DNA of 64,000 bases. Origin: Camelus dromedarius (lineage: Eukaryota). A model generated the notes under the pieces. That model saw only the letters and a program-made list of their open reading frames with translations. It made no database searches and was not told the origin of the DNA. The stretch spans positions 92,320,001 through 92,384,000 of the forward strand of contig NC_087472.1 of NCBI RefSeq assembly GCF_036321535.1. The letters run 5' to 3'. This document shows, piece by piece, positions 55,201 through 64,000 of the stretch (the first letter of the stretch is position 1; every line of letters begins with the position of its first letter). The position numbers and the translations under genes are program-made.

Positions 55201-58200
55201 TGAAATATTCACTGAAAAAAAAATGACTCATGAATACAATGCAAACTTTTAAAATATGTTTAAAAGATGACACCATTGCTTTAAAGACACTTCTTCCACC
55301 ATTAGAATGAGGGTTCACACAGAAGGAAAACAGCACAGTTTAGAGATAATACTTTGATAGTTTTCACATGCAAGGATGTCAGAACACCAGATCTGGTTCA
55401 GTTGCATGTGTGTGCAATTTGTGTGTGTGTGTGTGTGCCTGTGTGTGTTGTTTCCCCCTAAGTTCAGTGTTATAATGTTAATAAACTTACTGTCTTGTAG
55501 TTTTCTTACACAGACTGCACAACAGAAGGTCAAAAATGTGCCCTTTTAGTCAGTAATTCATGTACATCACCCTCATAATGGAACCACGATGCTATAAGTT
55601 CTTTAATACAATCATGAAAAGAGTACTAAGAGAGTGCTAGCTTTTCCTAGAGGAGTCAAAAAGGACTTCATGGGAGCATACAGGAAATGCGGCTTTGAGA
55701 TTAACCATTAAATGCATGATGGCAATTCTAAGAAGTGAGAAAAGGCAAGCTTACAATGTGAGTAGTGAAAGTCCCAGGATAGACAGTGGTGGAGGAAGTG
55801 GTTGAAGTGGGTGGGCCATTTGTTTATTTATGTGTCCTCATGTCCAGACCAGCCATGACCAATTGGTGCAAAGATGGCCCTCTAACCAAGAAGAGTCAAT
55901 TTGCAGGCAGGTAAATAACCGATGTCTTAGTTTCATGAGAAAAGATGAGCTGACCCAAGAAATTCCTCTTCTCTGAGTAATAACAAGGGGCTTAAGGTAG
56001 ATTTAGACCAGAGGTGATGTGATGATCATATGTAATCCAAAGTTAAAATAGAAATGCAACTAAGAATAGAGAAAACTAGTCCTAGAAAAGTAAGAGTGGA
56101 GATGACATAAAAAGAGAAGGTTAAAAAAAGTAGAGAAACCAAGAGACCCATTAAGGAAACAGCCAGAGACCAAAGAAAGTCCCCAGAACTTAATTCTTGA
56201 CTTTTTTTAGTTCTGAATCTAAACCTCATGTATTTTTATAATAAAACACTTAAAAATACTTTAAAAGGGTTCTGAACTTTACACCTAAAAAATCTCATTA
56301 AATATTTTCATAATTTGAATTGTACAAGAAGCAGAATTTCATTTTCTGCATTATCTATTATTATTATACAATATGAATTGTTCTTTAAAAGTTATTTGTA
56401 AATGTTGTTGGCTGCATATATATTCACTCTATAAATGCATCATAATACTATTAAATATTTAATTTGTTTTAACTTTCATTTTAATATATACTATCATGAT
56501 CAATGCCATTCTATACACATTTTGTTTGAATTTCTGCTTTTGCTTTCAGCTTGAATATCTAAAGCAAGACTACTGGGTCAAAAGATACCATATGTTTTGC
56601 CAAATTGCTTCTGTAGAGTTTGCATCAATTTATATTCCTGTATGTAATGTATGAGAGTATCCATTTCACATCATTCTCGCTATATGAAATTATTTCCATA
56701 CTATTGCATTTTCCTACATACAGTGCCCATTCTATTCTTTCCATGCCTGCTTATAAATCCACAAACAATGGTGGTCCAGATGAGATATTTCTCCAGTGTA
56801 TGCATTTTTTTGTACACTTTTCCTTCAATTTCCAAGTATATACTGATGACTCTGAATCTACATACCCATCCGTGCTCCTGTTTGGTGACTTTCAAAACTG
56901 TCATTCATTTATTACACTTGGTAAGCCCTAAATGCAGTGCGTCCTTCTTATGGTGGTGGCTGATGGGAGGAGGGCTTGCTTATTCATTTTCTGTCTTACC
57001 CTGTGTGCCTCACCTCAACCTATCAGGTCATAATTGGTGATCTCTTCTAATACAATTAAACTTTATTGCTAATGAAAACATTTTGGTATCTATCATGTTT
57101 CATTAGTACACACTGATAAGCAATTTTAAATCTTTAAACTTACAAATTCACACAAGAATAAAAATACCAAAATAAGATTTCATATTTTCTCTTTTCCTGA
57201 GCATTACCCTATAACATATAAATTTAAAATCTAACCAAAAGTCAAATGTTAAAAAATAAATAAATTAGATTTCAAGAAGGGTGAATTAAAATAAAGCTAT
57301 CACCTTACAATAATGGCAAAGTATTCATGCATTAATCTTAAGTTGTGAAATCCATATATACTTGCAAATGCAGAATTATATCGCTTATTATTTTGAATTT
57401 TACCATGGGAAAAAATATAATATATATGTATATGTATACACACACACATATATATATGGAGAGGGAGAGAGGGAGAATGCAGTATTTCACATCAAATTCA
57501 ATGGCTTTACTTAAACAATTCAAATTGAGAAGAGTATCATGTGGCAAACCACCATGAATGTATTTGCTATTTGGTTTCCTCCTTGTGGCTTCTAGTCTTG
57601 GACCAAACATGTGCAGTAAAAAAAGACAAATGAGTAAATCCAAGCATTACATTTCTCTTTCAACTTCAAGTCTCCAAGGTTGAAATCTGCTTTGTGCCAA
57701 GGTCAGCAATATCGTCGTTTCTATTTTTCTGCATAATTAACCTGAGAACTTTTGTACCCATTCCCTTCTGTTCCTTTCTTGTTGAGGGCAACTCAGAAAG
57801 ATGGAACAAGAGGGCCTTGTTTTGTGTACCAGGGATCTGAGTTTATGGTATATTCAAACTGGCTCTGATTTGTTCTGAAAGGAAGGTGGTAATTCCCCAG
57901 AGCTATCTGAGGGGTCTACTTCCAGCTTCCTTGTACCTCTGCACATTTACTCTGATTAGTAGCCTGTAGTATAAGGGTATCAACATTAACAAGTTCACTG
58001 AATTTGGGATCAGCAGGTCCAAATGGGGCTAGTCTGAGAGTGTACCATAAACAAGGACCGCAAATCCTTAGCTGCATCATGAGATGTTCACAACTTTGGA
58101 ACTCTAAACAATTCATGTCCATTAACGGCCTCTAATTAAGGCACAACCTTGTAAATAAACTGACAATTAGTTAAGTGAAGCGTAAACAAGAAGATAGTTC

Positions 58201-59034
58201 TTTAATGGCCTGTTTAGTCCTAAAGACCTTAGCCATTCTCCTCCAACCAGTCATATATATTGTTTATGTTTATTTCATATTCACTTAAACACATACATAC
58301 CTTCTATTGCAATTTTGAATTGACCCTCTTATTATTAAATGTTCCAAAAAAATCAAAATAAATGGGGATAAATAGCATTTTAAAAAGAATACTATTACAA
58401 TATCAATTTTATCTCCATAAAAATTTGCTGGTACATCCTCCTAAGAGACAAAACACACACTTCCAAAACTTCATTCTATGATACAGATTCCATGTATATA
58501 ACGAATGCAGTAAAATCCCCACTTTATCGTGCCTGCCTAGATATTCAATCTGATTATGAGATATATATATGTATATGTATATATCATGTGATGTATATAT
58601 ATATCACCAAATTATTTTTTCTATGATATATAAGCATCACTGTATACTCTATTCCACTCCTATATTGCGGAAAATCCTTAATACAGTTGTATTCTTTCTC
58701 CAAGGTTCTAATTTGCTCATTGACTATTATAAAATGTAAAGGAACACATGCCAAATTAAGTAACAGAAAATAAAAATACCAACAACACAAGATAAATGCA
58801 ACGTTCTGGGGTAAAGCCAACCAACTAAGATGGACTGACTTTAAGGGAAGATATTTCTTGCATATTTAGCATTAACAGCTATGTCACACTTTTGGAAAAC
58901 TACTGCATGGTTCATTTCTACTTGAAGAGCTTTGACTTACAGACACCTATTAATTCACAGTTATTTAAATGTTTCTAAATAAGTGAAAACTATGCAGAAG
59001 TAAACACTTTAAACAATAGGTAGGAACAGAGTTT

Positions 59035-59120
59035 GACGATAGAGAAAATCAATGAAGCCAAAAGCTGGTTCTTTGAAAAGATCAATAAAATTAGAAACAC
59101 TCTAGCAAGACTAACTAAGA
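59035..59120 (+). mobile_element. Isolated internal L1 ORF2 fragment with TSD
   Basis: Encodes [27 protein letters not shown] (EN-RT linker); flanked by AACAGAGTTT at 59025-59034 and 59121-59130. Confidence 0.88.
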
Positions 59121-62100
59121 AACAGAGTTTAATCAAAATTGCAGTGTAATAATTATCAAGATTGGCTAGTATTTTATAAACAGGTACATGTACAGTAATT
59201 GAGGATCTAGTGCCTGAGAGCAAAGTATATTTTTTCAATGCTTAGGTCACTGTTATAAAGATACATTTATATTAAAATGATAAATTTATATATTCATATA
59301 AAATAAACATTATATTCACAGTCTTTTTAGGTTTCTACTACAAAGTATCTACAGGAGCCAAAACAAAACTGGACACCCTCAATCTTTCCTTGTCTCTTCC
59401 CCACTCTTGCTTCTGAGAATGCTCACTTAGAGATGAACTGTAACCAACTTCAGTCTTCAGTCTGCAACCACAGATGGCTTCAGGACTCTTCTAAAAGAAT
59501 AGTCTCATCAAACTTCCCCCAGTACTTGAGTCTCCCAATGCTTCACTACTGAAAAGGTGCTTTACTGACAGAAATTTCAAGTACACAAAAATGCTAACAT
59601 ATATATTCCAGTGACTGTGGGGAGAATATATCCCCATCTTAGAAGTTCTTAAAAGAAGGAAATTCTGATTCTTGCTGCTATTACAATCATGGTAAGGTTA
59701 GGAAAATGAGGCATGCTTTTGACATCTTTGATAAATTTTGACATCTTGGGGCCAGTTTGTATTGAGAGTGTCAACACAAAGAAGCAGAATATACTATTAT
59801 CACTAAAATACTATGAGTAAAGGATAAAAAAGAAATTTTTAATCATTTTCATGAATGTGAAAAAAGAAAGAATACATATAGTAGGTGTATATGTGTGACT
59901 AAAGTCAACCTGACCCATATGTAAATAATTACTTAAAAGATGTAAGAAAACAGAAACAGCATATTTTCTTACTCCTCCCTACTTTGGAGGCTAGAATATA
60001 TTAAAACATGTTTAACTTAGAGATCTATAACTTTTAAAAAGAAGAGCACACTGTTTTAACTTTGCTTTATTGGAGAGGGGTAGGTAGAGAAAGAGAATAA
60101 ATAATGAATAAGATTATAAATAAAAAGGAATTAATAATGGTGAGCCAATTCCAGGATAGTTTTAACAGAGATCAAGTACTTACTCCCTGGACTATCTCTT
60201 CTTCCCTCCTCCTCTACTGTCTTTTCTATCCCTAGCCTAATAGTGATGGCAGGATGTGATAAGGAGACTTACTGCCTTCTTACTTCAGGTGAAACCACAA
60301 ACTTGACTTATCCCTGCAACATAAGCCTATGATTTGACTAGGGATTATTTTAGTTCAATTCTGTACTTTGCACAGCATGCTTGGATATACTGAAGGACAG
60401 TCAGAGTCAAAGCAGCCAAATATTTTAGGAATAATCAGGCTTTGTGATCTGGATTCTTCCCTCATTACAATGAGAGAATATTTTCACCATCCTTACTGAG
60501 AATTATGGTAAATATGACTGAGACACAAACACTGCTGCTTCATCTCCTTCATGGTAACTGAGTATTGACAGTTTGCTACTGCACTTTCCCAGTTTATGTT
60601 TACTAAAATTATTTTATTTGGGGAAAATAACACAGCTAATAGCATTAGTAATAAATATATAATATTCAATGTCTCCTTCCAGATGCATAAAGAATAAAAT
60701 ATAATTTCAGCCCTCAATGAGCTGTTCACTCTTTAATGGGAGGGACAAAGACATGAACAAATAATTGTAATATAATATAATTTATTACTAATGGTGATAT
60801 GATATGAACAGCATATTTGGGGACCACTGATAACAGAGGAAAGGTCAATGAACTCTAATCTTACCATATGTTCCTAAGCATCTGGTAGAGAAAATAAAAT
60901 CTCCAAACTGATAGCAAATTACTCATCAGTAAGATTATCTTAATAGGTACTCAGTGTTTTGGTAACTGACATTTGATTTACTTTACCATAAGACTTGGAC
61001 TCTATATAATTTAGTCACTTTTAGGAAAAAGTTAATCTGGGTTTATTTTTGACTGTTCTAACTAATGAATCTGTTAGACACTATATTGTACAGATTTGGA
61101 AATAGATAGCTCCACAGTTTAGAAGACTAATAAAGGAACTGTTTTCTAGAAGCTCATGCAGATGGGAAAAGGTTCTACCTCTAAGAATCAATAATAAGGA
61201 AGTTAAAACTATGATGATGATGATGATGATGGTTTTACCATTAGTACCTTAAAAAAGAGTGAAACTCCATGAACAGAGATTGTGGTAAAAATGGCACATT
61301 CATACACTGAGGAGATAACTACCTACTTATTTACATCATGAAATAAATTCATTCTTTCAGTCACTTAACAAATATTTAATGAATGCCCATTAGAACAACA
61401 ATAATAGTAACCATTATGTATTGAAAACCTATACTCTGACAATAGTAGGCTAATAACTATATATGAATAATCTCATTTAATTCTAAGAAGATCCTATATG
61501 TTAGGCATTATTACTGTTATGCCCATTTTACATTTGTACCCTAGGACAGCAGTTAATACATGTCAGAGCCGGGACACAAACCCAGACAGTCTGAATCCCT
61601 ATAATCCAACTTGCCAGGCAATATGTTTAGAATGGCATATATACAGTGATAAACAAAACGGACACAGTAGCGACCTTCTTGGAGTTATACCTAGTTCTGA
61701 AGAGGAAGATTTATCAAGTTAACCAACAAATGCGTATTAATCATATTATATACACTTCAAAAAGGGCACCAAAGAAAGAAAGAGTACTATGTGGGGAAAG
61801 AATAGCTACTTTAAAGGGGAAGACCTCCCTAAAAGTGGAACAGTAAAAGTGACTCCCAAAGGATAAGAAACCAGTCAGGGAAAGTGCAGGAAGAAGAGCC
61901 TTCCAAACAGATGAAACAGCATGTTTAGAGAGTTGGCTTGCTCTGCAGGGCTGGGAGCTAGAGAGTCACAGAGAGTGGGCAGAATTTGGATCATATTTTA
62001 AAATAAGGATTTTATTCTAAGTTCAGTGGAAGTCACTGCAATGAAATCGAAGAGACAAAATTTAATTATGGATTAAAAGGGAAGGAAACAGGGGTGTGGA

Positions 62101-64000
62101 ACAAAAAGAAACCTGCAAGCCAAGTTTTTTAATTGAACCTCCACAGGGTGGATAATGGTATGATTTACTGAGCTGAGGAGGTCTGAAGGAAGAACATGTC
62201 TCCAAAGAAGATCAAGAAACTAGCCTAGGATATGGAATTGGTTGCAACCTCTCCTGGAGAGTTAATAAAAGCATTTGTCAAGAGGCTGAAGGGTTATCTT
62301 TTGGCCAACGATTTATCCCCGGTAAATAATTTAAACATTGAAGATGCTATCTGCACACAGATGGTTGTGGTTAAAACGTCAAAGCAATCTGAAAGGCAAG
62401 TGTGGAAAATCGTGGAGTGACATGAATTACAGCCATTAAAATCATATTTAGGAAGGTCCATTTCAAGTTGGGAAAAATTTTAGGGTACTTAAATGAAATA
62501 AAGACTTATTTATGTATTATATATTACATTTATTAATTATATATTTTACCTATTTATACTTTTTTATTCCAACTACAAAAATTAGCTGTATACATGGAGT
62601 AAGAATGGTAATTATAATATCACACACGCATACACACACACAGACAGACAGACATCAACTAGGATGATAGGATGTTAAGGGTGATATTTTTCATCTTTGT
62701 TAAAACCCTTTAATTCCGTGCCTGTGCTTGTGTATACATGCACACGCACACACATGCACTCTCTCCTTCTTGCAGGACATTCTCTTTTGGCTGAGCACTA
62801 TCCATTCAAATATATTTTTTGTCCTTTCTCCAGGCTAGCATCTTCTAATGGCAATCATGTTAAGTCAAAGGGTAACTGTACTTTCATCTGGCAGACAGGT
62901 CAAAATATCAAGGAGTCTTAATTCTTAATTTAATGTCTGTGTTCTGGTATGTAGCGAAAAGATGAAGGACTAAACATTGCACAACTGGAAGGGAAACCTC
63001 ATCACCCTGCCACTCAGTTTTCTTATCTACAGTCTGGTAAATCAGGTTAGGCTGCTGTTCACTCACCCTTACGTCTGCCACTGAGGTCCGCTCAGTTAGT
63101 TTTATCCTCAGGTAACTCTTGAAACTTTATGTCAGTTTTGATCATTTGTTCCTCATTTCTCTGTTTCCTCTACCATATGGTAAAAATAAATTACCCTAGA
63201 AGTTAAATCGCAAGTAGAATGAATTGGGACAAAGGGTAAAAAATGAGGACAGTAGATGTAATAATTACAACTCTTCACCAAATCAATAAAGTCTATGTCC
63301 CAAAAGTTACATCTTAAGAACTTCAAGCTCTTTCCATTAAAATCTGCGCCAACATGAATATATACTCAATACCAAAACGGAGAATTACCACCCAAGTTAT
63401 AAATAACTGTGGGTTAAAGAAATTGAACATTTATTTGATGGTATATCAAATGCTTTATACTGCTTCTGCCCAAAATTTGACTACAATGTCAGGGTATGAA
63501 AAATGTTAATGCATACTTTTTATTCAAACCAATTCATTTTCACTCCAAATTTAAATTCAGTGATTATGCAGGATAGAAACAGTAGAAATAATTTTTGAAA
63601 TGAGCTCAGAAAGTATGGTATCATGTGGAAAACGAAACTTCAAATAGAATTCGCTATTTTATGGTGGATATGAGCTGTACTTTTTGTTAGAAACAGAAAA
63701 GGCTTACACCATAAACCCTTTGAAGAGCTGCCAAATTAGGGTCATAGAAGTCTGAGCCTAGAGCTGATAGCAAAGGAAATCCAATTTGAGTCTGACAAAG
63801 AGAAGCTGAGGTCTCATATGTGCAAACTTTATGGGATAGAGGATGAAGGAGGAGAGAAGAGAATTACTACATATTTACCATCAGTATACTGCAAATGGTG
63901 TTATGACATCAAGTAACTCCTTTGTTTGCATTCCTGCATTTATTAAGTCCCACGGAAGAACTTAAAGACGGCATCTGTACTATGACCAGCAGACTTAGTT

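Noticed and set aside
58555..58610. AT-rich inverted repeat as a possible miRNA hairpin
   Set aside because: (TA)n/(TATG)n low complexity is self-complementary by default.

Overview
AT-rich eutherian mammalian genomic DNA, not microbial. It is intronic sequence of IL1RAPL1 (minus strand; X-linked in eutherians) and contains one real coding exon: 44976-45255, 280 bp, matching human exon 3 (first Ig domain). The rest is transposon debris (L2, MIR, MaLR/ERVL/ERV1 LTRs, MER DNA transposons, old L1M) plus copies of a younger L1 lineage. I saw no Alu, B1/B2, Bov-tA/CHR, PRE-1 or SINEC elements, and the young L1 3'UTR resembles camelid L1 as I recall it, so a camelid origin is a tentative inference. 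Nearly all ORFs in the supplied track come from repeats or low complexity. I see no clearly novel biological system. The most notable structures are: (1) a TSD-flanked L1 with both ends intact but a ~3 kb ORF1-to-ORF2 deletion, whose 5'UTR carries a CpG-preserved minisatellite, a G4 motif, a (GAAA)n expansion and splice donors oriented with the host gene; (2) an 86-bp tailless internal L1 ORF2 insertion with a perfect 10-bp TSD; (3) a (TC)15 microsatellite forming the exon's polypyrimidine tract. Repeat family names come from recall of consensus sequences, not from a database search.
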